Shown: in pieces, positions 1 through 10,748 of the stretch
Numbering within the stretch: position 1 is the first letter of the stretch
How the letters are laid out: each line of letters begins with the position of its first letter
NCBI GenBank assembly: GCA_963826525.1
Contig: CAWGXH010000003.1
Coordinates: 96,001 to 160,000, forward strand
Source of the DNA: an uncultured Methanomicrobiaceae archaeon
GTDB taxonomy: Archaea; Halobacteriota; Methanomicrobia; Methanomicrobiales; Methanoculleaceae
Direction of reading: 5' to 3'
DNA length: 64,000 nt
Translations under genes and position numbers: made by a program
The notes under the pieces: model-generated
The model's input: only the letters and a program-made list of their open reading frames with translations
Told to the model about the DNA's origin: nothing
The model's database searches: none

Positions 1-1
1 C

Positions 2-349
2 GACGAGGTAATTCTCCTCCTGCAGGCGGTAGAGTCCGGCCGCACGGCAAAAGAGGCGATCCCCGACCTGCTTTCCGAGCTTGCCCGTACGGCGGGAGAG
101 CAGCCGCGAAAGACTGCGGAGGAGCGGGTCACCGGCGCCATCGGGTCGGTCGCCCCCACGCTCACGGACGGGGACCTGGAAGAGATCGTCGGCCGGGTGG
201 TCGAAGAGCGCGAGGAGTTTGTCAGGCAGCGGGGTATGGGGGCTCTCGGCCCCCTCATGGGTGTGGTGATGAAGGAGGTTCGCGGCAGCGTCGACGGGCA
301 GCTCGTGAGCCGGGCGCTGAAACGGGAGATCGAACGGCGGCTTTCCTGA
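2..349 (+). CDS. gatE: Glu-tRNA(Gln) amidotransferase subunit E, C-terminal part (runs in from window edge)
   Basis: Frame +2 reads ...AKEAIPDLL...EEIVGRVVEEREEFVRQRGMGALGPLMGVVMKEVRGSVDGQLVS...LS*, the archaeal GatE C-terminal YqeY-like tail. Confidence 0.88.
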   Translation, partial: DEVILLLQAVESGRTAKEAIPDLLSELARTAGEQPRKTAEERVTGAIGSVAPTLTDGDLEEIVGRVVEEREEFVRQRGMGALGPLMGVVMKEVRGSVDGQLVSRALKREIERRLS

Positions 350-413
350 CCGCACACCCCTCCCGCTACCTTTATCTCACCATTTGCTCATATATGGTAA
401 GGAGTTTGTATTC

Positions 414-728
414 ATGGGAAAGACAGGAACCACAATCTGGGCGCAGGTAAAAGGCGTCAAGGGACAGATCCGGCTCGTCCCCGCAAGTGAAGGCGAAGTG
501 AAAAAACCAGGCCCGAACCAGCGTTACAGAACGCAGGCGTGCATCACGAAGCTCAGCCGCCAGCAGAGCCAGGACGCTCGCGGCGGTCGTGGCGGTGCCC
601 GTGGCGGCTCCCGTGGCGGTCGCGGCGGCCGTGGCCGCGGCGGTGCTCCGACGGTGGACGTGCGTGTCCGCCGGAACGTGCAGCGGTCGAAGGTTTCGGT
701 GCTGGGCACCAAGCAGAAGTCGAGATAA
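414..728 (+). CDS. DUF5350-like small basic protein with RGG-rich segment
   Basis: MGKTGTTIWAQVKGVKGQIRLVP...KKPGPNQRY resembles the Methanomicrobia DUF5350 family; RGG repeats; TATA-like catatatgg upstream. Confidence 0.7.
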   Translation: MGKTGTTIWAQVKGVKGQIRLVPASEGEVKKPGPNQRYRTQACITKLSRQQSQDARGGRGGARGGSRGGRGGRGRGGAPTVDVRVRRNVQRSKVSVLGTKQKSR

Positions 729-778
729 GGGGCTCTCCCCTCTCAACATCTTTTATAGAATAAATACCAGTATCTGAT

Positions 779-1135
779 ATGGATCCAAAAACAGCCGTTA
801 CGAGCTACCAGTTTGCCGAACGGGCAAAATCCGAGTTGATTGTCGGTTCGCAGCTGACGCTCGCCCTCATGGACTTTAAGGGGAGTGAAAAGCCCGGCGG
901 CAAAAGGATGCTCATCATGGTGCTCGAGTCGATCCGCGCGGAGCTTGAGTTTGCCTACGGTTCGACCGGTCAGATGGATTTCAAGCGGGCGGTAGACCAT
1001 ATCAGCCAGGCGATCAGTATGGTCGAGAGTATGGATCTCGGTGCAGCTTCGAACACGCTCAGTATGGCGGTCAGTGCGGTGGCGACATCTGCCCAGGAAG
1101 CCTGGCAGGTGCTCAAAGAGCATGAACTCATCTGA
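779..1135 (+). CDS. conserved hypothetical helical protein
   Basis: 118-aa ORF, TATA-like tttatag upstream, overlaps the next gene start. Confidence 0.75.
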   Translation: MDPKTAVTSYQFAERAKSELIVGSQLTLALMDFKGSEKPGGKRMLIMVLESIRAELEFAYGSTGQMDFKRAVDHISQAISMVESMDLGAASNTLSMAVSAVATSAQEAWQVLKEHELI

Positions 1136-1649
1136 ATTCCTCCGCTTTCTGAAAGGCCGCTCTTCCGTCCGCGAGTATCGGAATGAGCCCCTTGATGAGG
1201 AGGAGATCGAGTATATCCTCTCCTGCGCTCAGACCGCACCGAGCGCCGGAAACCGCGAAGCCTGGGATGTCGTCGTCGTCACGGACGAGGATATGCGCCT
1301 CGATCTCTCGCTTGCCGCGCTTGAACAGTCTCACATTCGCGATGCACCTGCCGTGCTTGTCGTGTGTGCAAACTACGTTCGATCGATGTCCCAGTACGGC
1401 GAGCGGGGTATCCTGTATGCAGTGCAGGACGCAACCATCGCCGGCACCTACATGATGCTCGCGGCACATGCGGCTGGCCTTCGCTCCTGCTGGACCGGGG
1501 CGTTCCGGGAGGATGAGGTGCGCGAGATCCTAGGACTTCCGCAGCACATCCGTCCGATAGCGCTCCTCGCCGTCGGGAAGGGACAGCCCCCGCAGGAGCG
1601 GACGGGACGGATGGCACTCGAAGAACATGTACATAGAGAGATCTGGTAG
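1122..1649 (+). CDS. nitroreductase family protein
   Basis: RSSVREY, AQTAPSAGN, GLRSCW motifs; ATG at 1122. Confidence 0.92.
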   Translation: MNSSEFLRFLKGRSSVREYRNEPLDEEEIEYILSCAQTAPSAGNREAWDVVVVTDEDMRLDLSLAALEQSHIRDAPAVLVVCANYVRSMSQYGERGILYAVQDATIAGTYMMLAAHAAGLRSCWTGAFREDEVREILGLPQHIRPIALLAVGKGQPPQERTGRMALEEHVHREIW

Positions 1650-1671
1650 GAATTAGGCCAGGGGGACAACA

Positions 1672-2010
1672 ATGCCCGACTATGCAGTAACACTTGAATC
1701 AGCGTGGATTATTAAGGATGTCAAATCCCTGGACGATGCAGTGAGCATTGCCATCAGTGAGGCCGGTAAAAGACTCAATCCGGCAGCAAAGTTCGTCGAG
1801 ATCGAGGCGGGAATGATCGCCTGCCCCTTCTGTGAGGGAGAACTCAACAGTGCCCTTGTTGTCGCCAACACGGCGCTCGTCGGGCTTGTGCTGCAGATCA
1901 AGGTCTTCCGCGCCGAGTCGAAGGAGCACGCTGTCCGGATAGCAAAGTCGGTCGTCGGAAAGGCCCTTCGCGAGGTTCCGCTGAAGGTGCAGGAGGTGGC
2001 GGAGCTGTGA
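1672..2010 (+). CDS. DUF555 (UPF0212) archaeal protein
   Basis: [27 protein letters not shown] motifs. Confidence 0.88.
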   Translation: MPDYAVTLESAWIIKDVKSLDDAVSIAISEAGKRLNPAAKFVEIEAGMIACPFCEGELNSALVVANTALVGLVLQIKVFRAESKEHAVRIAKSVVGKALREVPLKVQEVAEL

Positions 2011-2897
2011 TTTCGGTCGTAGGACATACCGCGATCGATCACCTCTTCCGCGTCCCTTCCCTCCCGGGAAGGCACAACTCGACCTATATCACCGATCACA
2101 AGATCTACTACGGCGGCGGTGCGGCCAATATAGCGGCAGGTATCGCCACGCTCGGTGAACAGTGCCACCTCATCAGCGCCGTCGGCGGCGACTTTCCGGG
2201 AAGCGACTACGATCGATGGCTGCGGAGCCTCAACGTAGTCGAGGACTTCCTGGTCGTCGAGGATGCATTCACGCCGACCGCGTACGTCTTCACCGACGAG
2301 GCGCGGGATCAGACGACCTACTTTGAGTGGGGAGCCTCCGGCGTCCGGAACACGACCGAGGCGCCTGCCCTTGACTTTGTCCATATGGCGACCGCCGATC
2401 CCGATTTCAACGTACGGGTGGCGGCGAAGGCTGGATTCGCCTCGTTCGACCCCGGGCAGGATCTCCTGCGATACAGCAGCGAACAGCTCCGGTCCATCAT
2501 GGGGAATGTCGATATCCTCTTTGCCAACAACCACGAGGTGGAAGGCATGTGCCGGATGCTTGAGACGGATCAGGACGAACTCGTCGCCGCCGTTCCGCTG
2601 GTCATTATGACGCGGGGATCGGAGGGCAGCGTCCTCTACCGCGAGGGCGAAGAGCATTCAATCCCGGTCGTCACCGTCGATGCCGTCGATCCGACCGGTG
2701 CCGGAGACGGGTACCGTGCCGGATTCCTGACCGCGTATCGGCGGGGGCATGATCCTGTCGACTGTTGCCGGGTCGGGGCGGTAGTCTCGTCATTTGTCGT
2801 TGAACGAATGGGCACGCAGACGAACCTTCCCGACTGGGAGCGTATGCTGGCACGATACCGGAACGCATTTGGCGATCTCGAGCGAACGGATACGTAA
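2007..2897 (+). CDS. PfkB-family carbohydrate/nucleoside kinase
   Basis: GGGAANIA and [13 protein letters not shown] PfkB signatures. Confidence 0.93.
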   Translation: MISVVGHTAIDHLFRVPSLPGRHNSTYITDHKIYYGGGAANIAAGIATLGEQCHLISAVGGDFPGSDYDRWLRSLNVVEDFLVVEDAFTPTAYVFTDEARDQTTYFEWGASGVRNTTEAPALDFVHMATADPDFNVRVAAKAGFASFDPGQDLLRYSSEQLRSIMGNVDILFANNHEVEGMCRMLETDQDELVAAVPLVIMTRGSEGSVLYREGEEHSIPVVTVDAVDPTGAGDGYRAGFLTAYRRGHDPVDCCRVGAVVSSFVVERMGTQTNLPDWERMLARYRNAFGDLERTDT

Positions 2898-3044
2898 GGT
2901 TATGATACGGGCGTTCCTCTCCTCCTGCGTCACAGATACGCATGACGCACACCGGGCAGCGGTGGTCGGGTTCATCCCGTCTGCACGACGTGCCTGCACG
3001 CGTATTCGTTCCGGGCGTAGTTCCGGAGATCCGGGGAGCGTCTG

Positions 3045-4784
3045 ATGGAGTCAAGCCCCGACGTCAGGATGGAGCGGCTGAGCCGGTATCTCTTCAGTGC
3101 TCCGTCGTGGTCGAAGTCGGTCGGTATCATCATCGTCTTAGGCCTCCTCATCGATGGGGCGGGGCTTCGGACGGGTTCGGAACTTCTCTTCCTCGGCACT
3201 CTGGGTTTTACCGTCCCTGCACTCGTCGCGCTTCTTGTCACCGGGCCGCTCGTCGAGCTCTCCGGGAAGTTCATGTACCGGAACCGTTCGGCGCTTCTTG
3301 CGCTCTCGTGCACGGTCTTCGGCGTTATCATCAGTTTCTCGCCGATCCTCTTCATCGATAGGGATCTTCTTCCCATTCTCTATGCTCTTGCGCTCGGACT
3401 CATCTTCGGCCTCCGGCTGCTGGTGCTGGTGGCTGTCGCGGATTATCGGATCACCAGAATGCTCCTCCCCGCCGCGCCCCAGAGTTTCATGGGTGTCGTC
3501 ATGGGCGTGCACTTCTTCGGCCTTACCTTCGTTCCCTATGCGCTCGTACTCCAGGCGCTCTTCGGCCTCGGATTCATCTTTCTGATCTGGCTGATCGAGC
3601 GGCCGCTCAAGCGTGCGTTCCAGATCAGCGGCCTCAACTTCCTCAATACGTTCATTGCCCACCTGACAGACGGATCAAAGAGCATGGAGGACTTCTTCCG
3701 TGAGATCGGGGACGAAGTCTACGTACCGCAGGTCTCGTTCTTCTTCAAGCGATCCGCTGCCAGGGATGTTATCCTCACCGTCCCGAATGTCCATCCCGGC
3801 CCTATGGGGGAGATCGGCGGCGGAAACCTTCCCCGGATGCTGCATGATGCCTTCGACGAAGAGGTGCTGGTTGCTCATGGCTGCGCCACCCACGACTTCA
3901 ACCTGGTTTCGGACACCGAGATCGAGAAGATCTCCCGGGCGGTGAAGGAGTCACGAGAGGGTATCCGATATACCGGGATGGCAGGCCGCTCTATCCGGAT
4001 CTCTGCAGGGTCGGTTCACCTCCTCTGCCAGCGGTTCGGGGACTCCCTCCTGATGGTCGGCACACGTTCTCCGGAGAAGACCGAGGATGTCGACTTCTCC
4101 ATTGGGATGATTATCATGGCGGAGGGACGGCGCTACTTCTCCCATACCGCCTTTGTAGACGCCCACAACTGCATGGCACAGATGGGTGCACCTGTCCTTC
4201 CGGCAACCAGAACGGCGACCGAATACCTCTTTGCGGCCAGGAAAGGCATCGAAGCATGCCGGCTCGAACCCCTCGAGACGCTCCGGATCGGTGTTGCCCA
4301 CGTCCGCGTTCCGTTCACCCGCGAGCAGGGGTTCGGGTCGCTCGGTGTCCAGGCGCTCGTCACCGAGGTCGCCGGGCAGACGACGGCGTATGTTCTGCTC
4401 GACGGGAACAATATCGCTACAGGTGTGCGGGAAGAACTCCTCGGCCCCATCCTCGCACTGGTGGACGATGCCGAGGTGATGACCACCGACACCCACACGG
4501 TGAACACGATCACCGGGAAGAATCCGGTGGGGTACGCCGTGCCGGTTTCCGAGTTCCTGCCGTTCGTAACCCGGGCGGTCACCGAGGCGATAGACGATCT
4601 CTCTCCGGCGCGTGCCGGTGCGAGCACGGCCTGCTGCGAGCGGGTTGTCGTCTTCGGATCACAGAGCGTCTCGCAACTTGCGAGCACCGTCAACACGATG
4701 CTTGCGGTCGTCGGGCCGGTCAGCCTGATTATCCTGCTTCTGGCGTTCGTCCTCTCGATCGTCGCGTATCTCGTGCTCCAGTAG
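3045..4784 (+). CDS. DUF2070 family membrane protein
   Basis: N-terminal TM bundle followed by HPGP, HDFN, DAHN, DGNN, TTDTH motifs. Confidence 0.88.
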   Translation: MESSPDVRMERLSRYLFSAPSWSKSVGIIIVLGLLIDGAGLRTGSELLFLGTLGFTVPALVALLVTGPLVELSGKFMYRNRSALLALSCTVFGVIISFSPILFIDRDLLPILYALALGLIFGLRLLVLVAVADYRITRMLLPAAPQSFMGVVMGVHFFGLTFVPYALVLQALFGLGFIFLIWLIERPLKRAFQISGLNFLNTFIAHLTDGSKSMEDFFREIGDEVYVPQVSFFFKRSAARDVILTVPNVHPGPMGEIGGGNLPRMLHDAFDEEVLVAHGCATHDFNLVSDTEIEKISRAVKESREGIRYTGMAGRSIRISAGSVHLLCQRFGDSLLMVGTRSPEKTEDVDFSIGMIIMAEGRRYFSHTAFVDAHNCMAQMGAPVLPATRTATEYLFAARKGIEACRLEPLETLRIGVAHVRVPFTREQGFGSLGVQALVTEVAGQTTAYVLLDGNNIATGVREELLGPILALVDDAEVMTTDTHTVNTITGKNPVGYAVPVSEFLPFVTRAVTEAIDDLSPARAGASTACCERVVVFGSQSVSQLASTVNTMLAVVGPVSLIILLLAFVLSIVAYLVLQ

Positions 4785-4878
4785 GCGGGCGGTTTTCCTC
4801 CGGGTATGCACCGCCCTTCCATGGACGTGCCGCCGGAGAGGGACGCGCCCTTTATGGGCGGTCACCGCTAACAGTGGT

Positions 4879-6072
4879 ATGGGAAAAACTGTGGTGCAGT
4901 ATCGGTTTGCAGATCGGATGGCTCGCGTGCCGGAATCGTTCCTTGAAGAACTCTTTTCGGTCTCGGCAGTTCCCGGCGTCATATCGTTTGCGGGTGGTCT
5001 GCCGTCGTCCGCCACGATCGATGTTGCGGGGATTGCGGATGCCGCCCGCGTCGTGCTGGAGGAGGAAGGGCGGATTGCCCTCCAGTATACGACAACCGAC
5101 GGCTACCTCCCGCTTCGGGAGTATATCGCCGACCGCTACCGCCGGAGGCTCGGTATTCCGGCGGATCCTTCGGAGATCCAGATAGTCAACGGCTCCCAGC
5201 AGTGCCTCGATCTTGTAGCCAAGATCTTCCTTGACTCCGGCGACCATGTCGGGATGGAGCGTCCCGGGTATCTCGGCGCAATAGAAGCCTTCTCCTTCTA
5301 CGAACCGGTTGTCCATGCCGTCCCCCTCGAGGACGACGGGCCTGACCTTGCTCTGTTTGAAGCATTGGTACAGCAGCACCGTCCGAAGTTTTTTTACGGC
5401 ATTCCAAACTCCCAGAACCCCTCGGGAAGGACGTACTCGCAGGAGAAGCGGCGTGCCGTCGCCGGGCTCCTCGAGGGTACGGATACCGTCTTCTATGAGG
5501 ACGATGCCTTCGGGGATCTCTTCTTCGACGGAAAACCCCGCCTGCCGGTGAAACATTACCTCCCCGAGCAGACGATCATCTCGGGATCGTTCTCGAAGAT
5601 CGTCGCGCCCGGGATGCGGATCGGCTGGCTGCATGCTCCGAAGCCGATCCTCAGGGAGTTCAATATCGCCAAGCAGGCGGCAGACCTCCACTCGAACTTC
5701 CTCTGCCAGAAGATCCTTCACCGCTATCTCTCGACCCACGACCTCGATGCCCACATCCGCCTGGTCGCGGAGCGGTACGGCAGGAACTGCCGTCTTATGT
5801 GCGACCTCCTCGACGACCTCTTCCCGGCCTCGATGAGCCATACGACCCCCGAAGGCGGAATGTTCCTGATGGCCTTCCTGCCGGAGGGCGTTTCGTCGCT
5901 GGAGGTCTTCCGCGAAGGCGTCCGGCAGGGCGTTGCAGTGCTCCCCGCCGTCCCGTTCTGTGTGGGCGGCGGCGGTGAGGATGCCATCCGGCTGAACTTC
6001 TCGACTGCGGATGAGGAAGCGATCACGGAAGGGATGCACCGACTGGCGAAGGTGATCCGGGGGCTCGCGTAG
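4879..6072 (+). CDS. PLP-dependent aminotransferase (class I/II, Aro8/LysN-like)
   Basis: ISFAGGLP, QNPSG, GSFSKIVAPGMRIGW (PLP lysine), IRLNFS. Confidence 0.93.
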   Translation: MGKTVVQYRFADRMARVPESFLEELFSVSAVPGVISFAGGLPSSATIDVAGIADAARVVLEEEGRIALQYTTTDGYLPLREYIADRYRRRLGIPADPSEIQIVNGSQQCLDLVAKIFLDSGDHVGMERPGYLGAIEAFSFYEPVVHAVPLEDDGPDLALFEALVQQHRPKFFYGIPNSQNPSGRTYSQEKRRAVAGLLEGTDTVFYEDDAFGDLFFDGKPRLPVKHYLPEQTIISGSFSKIVAPGMRIGWLHAPKPILREFNIAKQAADLHSNFLCQKILHRYLSTHDLDAHIRLVAERYGRNCRLMCDLLDDLFPASMSHTTPEGGMFLMAFLPEGVSSLEVFREGVRQGVAVLPAVPFCVGGGGEDAIRLNFSTADEEAITEGMHRLAKVIRGLA

Positions 6073-6317
6073 GCGGCTTCTCCGACCTTTTAACAGCGCA
6101 CTCTCCGGTGCGAGACGCCCTGCCGGCCTCGCCTCGAATACGGCGCCGCTGTCTCCTGACGCACCCCGGCTAACGCATTGGCCTGGTTGCCCCGGGAAAG
6201 ATATGGGGAGACGTACAAAGCCGCCATTCTGCCGGTCACCCAACTCACCGCGGCGTTTAAGTACATTGATGTCTGCCAGGGGTACCTCGATCGACGAGAA
6301 TGTGAGGCCGGACTGCT

Positions 6318-7222
6318 ATGAACCATGAAATGCCGTATCGGGAACTCGGCAAGACCGGTGAAAAGGTATCTGGTATAGGTGTCGGCGGCTACCATCTCGG
6401 ATTCCCGGATAACCCCGCCGATGCCGTCGGCATCGTGCGCGAGGCCATCGACCGCGGCATCACCTTCCTGGATGCCAGCTGGGATTACCATAACGGCGAG
6501 AGCGAGCGCCGCCTCGGGGAGGCGCTGAAAGGCGGCTACCGGGAGCGTGCCTTCCTCATGACGAAGGCCGACGGCCGCACGAGAGATGCTGCGAGAAGAC
6601 AGGCTCGATCAAAGCCTGCAGCGCCTGCAGGTCGATTACCTCGACCTGTGGCAGTTGCATGAAATTATCAGGTATGAGGATGTCGACCGCGTTTTTGCCC
6701 CGGGGGGCGCTATCGAGGCGATGGTTGAGGCGCGCGATGAAGGTAAGGTACGCTTTATCGGATTTACCGGCCATAAAGATCCGGATATTCATCGTGCGAT
6801 GCTCGCGCAGGACTTCGAGTGGGACACTGTGCAGATGCCCCTGAACGTCCTGGATGCGCACTTCCGCAGCTTCTGGGGAGAAAGTTTTGCCGCTACTGGT
6901 CGAGCGAGATATCGGCGTCATCGGGATGAAGCCGTTCAGCGCAGGCATGCTGTTCAAGACAAACACGGTAACGGCTATCGAAGCGCTCCATTACGCGATG
7001 AACCTGCCGACCGATGTCGTGGTTACGGGAATGGAGTCATTGACCTGCCTTGAACAGGCGATCGAAGCAGCTGCTTCGTTCCGGCCGTTAAGCAACGACG
7101 AAGTGGCCTCCCTCCTGGGGCGCACAGCCCCGATGGCACGCAGCGGCGAGTTCGAGCGCTACAAAACGACGGAAGGCCACGACTCTACGTCGATGCATCC
7201 CGAGTGGCTTGGGTCGGCGTGA
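6318..7222 (+). CDS. aldo/keto reductase (two frameshifts)
   Basis: YRELGKTGEKVS, DASWDY, SLQRLQVDYLDLWQLH, GFTGH, IGMK motifs spread over three consecutive frames. Confidence 0.85.
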
Positions 7223-7272
7223 ATCAGGCACGAACTATCATATGCGTGACTGCAGGTGTTCTCGCTCCGGCT

Positions 7273-7980
7273 TTACCTTCTGTATTCGATTGATCTGCCG
7301 TCCGACTCAGACAGGTCTCCCCGGCGGGCGTCGTCTTCGCCCCTCCGGTGGTTCACCAGACTCCACGCCATCAGCCAGCACCCGACCATGACCAGCAGCC
7401 CATGACCGATCCGGACCGGCTGAGACGTGAAGAACTGCGGGATGAAGAGTGCGAAGCCGACCGCCAGAGGAATGCCGCTCCACCGGGTCAGGATGCCCGA
7501 TCGCCAGATCGCAATCGCAAACAGGATGGTGCCGACCGCAAGAGCGAGAAGGCCGAACAAGAAGAACCAGATGCCCTCCCCAAATCGGATTGAATTCGTG
7601 AGCGTCACAAGTAGATCAACACTGTTCAGCCTCACTGCTTCCTGACCCACGGCGTGCAATGCGAAGGTCTCGGCTCCGTAATAGGGCAGCGTAAAGCCTA
7701 CGCCGATCCAGGTCACCACGAGTGCCGTGATGCCGAGACCCCCGGCCGTCGTTTCGCGTATCTGACCGTGCAGTCCGAGCAGCCCCAGTATGAGCAGGAT
7801 GAACCCGATCATAGCCAGCGAGTGCGCGAGAAGCCAGGAGGAGGAGGCGAATGCCTCGGCGCCCTGGAGGGACGCTTCGTCGGAGAATGGCCGGATAGCG
7901 GGATAGAGAAGAAAGCAGACGCCTGCAACTACGAGCGAAAGCGCTGCCGGGCGCGTCCGGAGCGTACTCGCGGATGTCAT
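7273..7980 (-). CDS. hypothetical multi-pass membrane protein
   Basis: 235 aa with about 6 hydrophobic helices; gaggtg RBS upstream. Confidence 0.75.
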   Translation of the reverse strand: MTSASTLRTRPAALSLVVAGVCFLLYPAIRPFSDEASLQGAEAFASSSWLLAHSLAMIGFILLILGLLGLHGQIRETTAGGLGITALVVTWIGVGFTLPYYGAETFALHAVGQEAVRLNSVDLLVTLTNSIRFGEGIWFFLFGLLALAVGTILFAIAIWRSGILTRWSGIPLAVGFALFIPQFFTSQPVRIGHGLLVMVGCWLMAWSLVNHRRGEDDARRGDLSESDGRSIEYRR

Positions 7981-8221
7981 CGGTGCACCTCCGGATTCAT
8001 GCGATCAGCTGCACCGGAACGCATTGCAATCATCGCCATGGCCAGGCGCCTATCGGAATTGCCTCCATATATAACTGTCCGCCCCCGCGAGCGGTACATT
8101 CTACCCGGATCTGAATGCGTGAAGAACCGGCGAGGAGAGCTGATAAGCGGATGAGGCGAAAGAGGTCGGGAGCCCCGGAAAATGGGTTTTTTATCTCTAC
8201 ACAGATGCAGGAAGAGTGTGC

Positions 8222-9697
8222 CTACCGCTCCTTTGAAGGAGGCCGGGCATCTTTCGCTCCGGGGCCTAAGACCTCCTCTGCAAAGAGGAGTATGAATGCT
8301 ATCAGAGTAAAGAGGGCCGCGGCGATATAGAACGAGTACTGGAAAGCCTGGGCGGTGGGCAGGGTTTGAAGGATCCCGCTGCCTGTAATGACGGTTGCAG
8401 TGAACGTTGCCAGAAGGGCGCCCGCAATCGGAGCCCCGAGGCTCCCCCCGAGATTTCGGAAGACCGTGTTCATGGAGGTCGCAAGACCCATATCCGTGGG
8501 ATCAACGGTCAGGACGAGCAGGTTGATTGCCGAGGCGTTCAGAATGGAGATTCCTGCCCCCGTAACGAACGTAGAGAAGAGGAGATATGCCGGACTCCCC
8601 CCGACCGAACTCAACAGGAATCCCAGCGCACCTACAACTGCACCGGTGACGGCGATGGGCTTCACGCCGAAGCGGGGAACTATCATCCCGATGAGCGGTG
8701 CAAATATCGATATCGCGACGGCCAGGGGGAGGAGGGAGAGCCCGGCCATGAATATATCAAACCCGAACCCGGCGGGAGGCGGCAGTTCGAGCTTATAGGC
8801 ATACGTCTGGAACGCCAGGAACATCCCCAGGCTTGCCACAGCAAAGGTGACATTCGTATTCATAACGTTTCGTAGCGAGAGCAGCCTTATATTGAGGATA
8901 GGTTCGCCGAACCTCCGCTGATAGCGCCTCTCGTATACGGCCAGGGGCGGAAGGAGGAGCAGTCCGGCGACAAGCAGCCAGAGGGGATTCACCGCAGATG
9001 CGGTCATGGTAGGTGCCAGGGAGATGGCCAGCACAACCAGGATCAGCGAACCGCCGAGAAGCCCGGCCCCGATATAATCGACCTTCACTTCGGGACGGGT
9101 GTACGGGGATTCTCTCACCCGGGTGTATACCAGGTACGTGAGCAGCAGCACAAAAGGAACTGCAGTATGGTAGGTAGTCTGCCAGCCGAAGTCGTTCGAG
9201 ATCAGAGCGCCGATGGGCAGGCTTATCGCGAATCCAACGCCGAACATCCCGCTGATGATGCCCTGCGCCCGCGGGACGAGTTCTCGTGGGAACTCCTCCC
9301 TCACGATGCTCATCGCGAGAGGCATCATGGTGAGACCGATCCCCTGGACGGCCCTTGAGACGAGCATGAACGTGAAGGTGGGGGAGAACCCGGTCACGGT
9401 GACCGCAATCGAATAGACAATGAGAACGTAGACGAGGATCCGCTTTTTCCCGTAGATGTCCCCCATCTTCCCGATGATCGGGGCCATGGCGGTGCCGGAG
9501 ACGGAGTAGAGAGCAAGAACAAGGCTGACTTCCGCGCTTGTGACGCCGAACTCGGCTGCAATCGCGGGGAGCGACGGGGTCAGCATCCCTTCAACGTAGA
9601 GGGTCACGACGACGAGCCCTACGAGGATGTACATCGTCCTGTAGGCATACCTTAAATCATACTCTTTGGCACCCGCCGGTTGCGGAAGAGAATCCAT
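8222..9697 (-). CDS. MFS transporter (DHA2/EmrB-like, ~14 TM)
   Basis: GKMGDIYGKKR motif A, RAVQGIG, many TM helices. Confidence 0.92.
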   Translation of the reverse strand: MDSLPQPAGAKEYDLRYAYRTMYILVGLVVVTLYVEGMLTPSLPAIAAEFGVTSAEVSLVLALYSVSGTAMAPIIGKMGDIYGKKRILVYVLIVYSIAVTVTGFSPTFTFMLVSRAVQGIGLTMMPLAMSIVREEFPRELVPRAQGIISGMFGVGFAISLPIGALISNDFGWQTTYHTAVPFVLLLTYLVYTRVRESPYTRPEVKVDYIGAGLLGGSLILVVLAISLAPTMTASAVNPLWLLVAGLLLLPPLAVYERRYQRRFGEPILNIRLLSLRNVMNTNVTFAVASLGMFLAFQTYAYKLELPPPAGFGFDIFMAGLSLLPLAVAISIFAPLIGMIVPRFGVKPIAVTGAVVGALGFLLSSVGGSPAYLLFSTFVTGAGISILNASAINLLVLTVDPTDMGLATSMNTVFRNLGGSLGAPIAGALLATFTATVITGSGILQTLPTAQAFQYSFYIAAALFTLIAFILLFAEEVLGPGAKDARPPSKER

Positions 9698-9899
9698 ACG
9701 CCGGGCATCTCCCTACCTGCCCTGCTTGATCCGATTCGAATGAAATATGTTTGGGTGTTCGTCTCTTTTCCGGATATCGGGTAGGCATCGTCCGTCGCCA
9801 CTTGCCGATCGTGAGTCTCCCTCGGTCTTGGGTCCCTGCGTTCCTGCGGTGAACAGGGAGGACGTCCCGGCTTACCCGGCTACTCGCTGCCCGTCGCAG

Positions 9900-10480
9900 T
9901 GACACCAGAGTACACTGCAATCAGAATGACCATACGCCGCGGCGGCAACCGTAGCGTCGCCGGAGAGAAGGTGTTCGGATACTGACAATGTGGTGAAGGG
10001 GGTCACGACCACGAAGAGAAGGAGCAGACCGTTCAGGAGCATGAACTATCTGCTGACCTGCATACTGCAATTGAGAGCATGTCCCAAAAGTGTCCGGTAC
10101 CTGAAGATTAATCGGATCGAAGCACTCTCACGTAATCAATCCGCGGAGAAGAACTCGCCCTAGACCGGATCGCGAGCACGGCCTATCCCCGGCTATCACA
10201 TCGCGGGGGGAGGGTGCGGGAGGGGGCCAGTCCCCTCCTGTCAAAGAGTATTGGGATGTCCTCCGAACATATTGTGGTGGTTCATCCACATTATGAGAAT
10301 AGTCAGGACGCTGGTGGCGGACGCGAAGAATGCAGCCCACTCATCCAGAAGACCCTGAAAGGAACTGCTGCCGCGTGTAGTCGGGGTCGTAGATGCCCAA
10401 AACGAGCAACATGATTGCAAAAGCAAATGCACTGTCGCTGAATATTTCAAGTCGCCCCCCGCTTTCGGGAAATGATCTTC
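9900..10480 (-). pseudogene. TMEM175-family (DUF1211) potassium channel remnant
   Basis: Minus-strand fragments GRLEIFSDSAFAFAIMLLVL, ILIMWMNHHNMF and FMLLNGLLLLFVVVTPFTT match TMEM175 motifs in order; broken by frameshifts and a ~190-bp insertion. Confidence 0.75.
10075..10263. mobile_element. MITE-like non-autonomous insertion inside the TMEM175 remnant
   Basis: Imperfect terminal inverted repeats GAGCATGTCCCAAAA / TATTGGGATGTCCTC (11/15 match), similar to the GAGGTCATCCC ends of the IS5 at 28659-29503; non-coding. Confidence 0.55.
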
Positions 10481-10748
10481 ACAAAGATCACCTCGCATCT
10501 TGCATTCGATCTGCTGACACTGTGAAAAAATAAGCCTTGCTTTGTCCTCAATACACTTTTTCAGCCTTACATCCAGAGAGCGTCGCAGGGAGCATTCATA
10601 CTCCGGGGGTGAAGAAGGTGTGTCCGTCCTCGCGGTTCGACGATTGGCGAAAGATCCTCCCTCTGCCGGTTTCTCGAGCGGAGCATTCGGCAGCACGATC
10701 TCATGGAATCAAGGGTCGATGATCTCGGAGGCCCGTACCGCCGCCTTC

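Noticed and set aside
4852-6243. Long antisense ORFs (e.g. 4852-6243, 14625-16289, 32124-33320, the 5' extension of 46211-47842)
   Set aside because: They shadow well-supported genes on the opposite strand, as expected at high GC, and carry no motifs.
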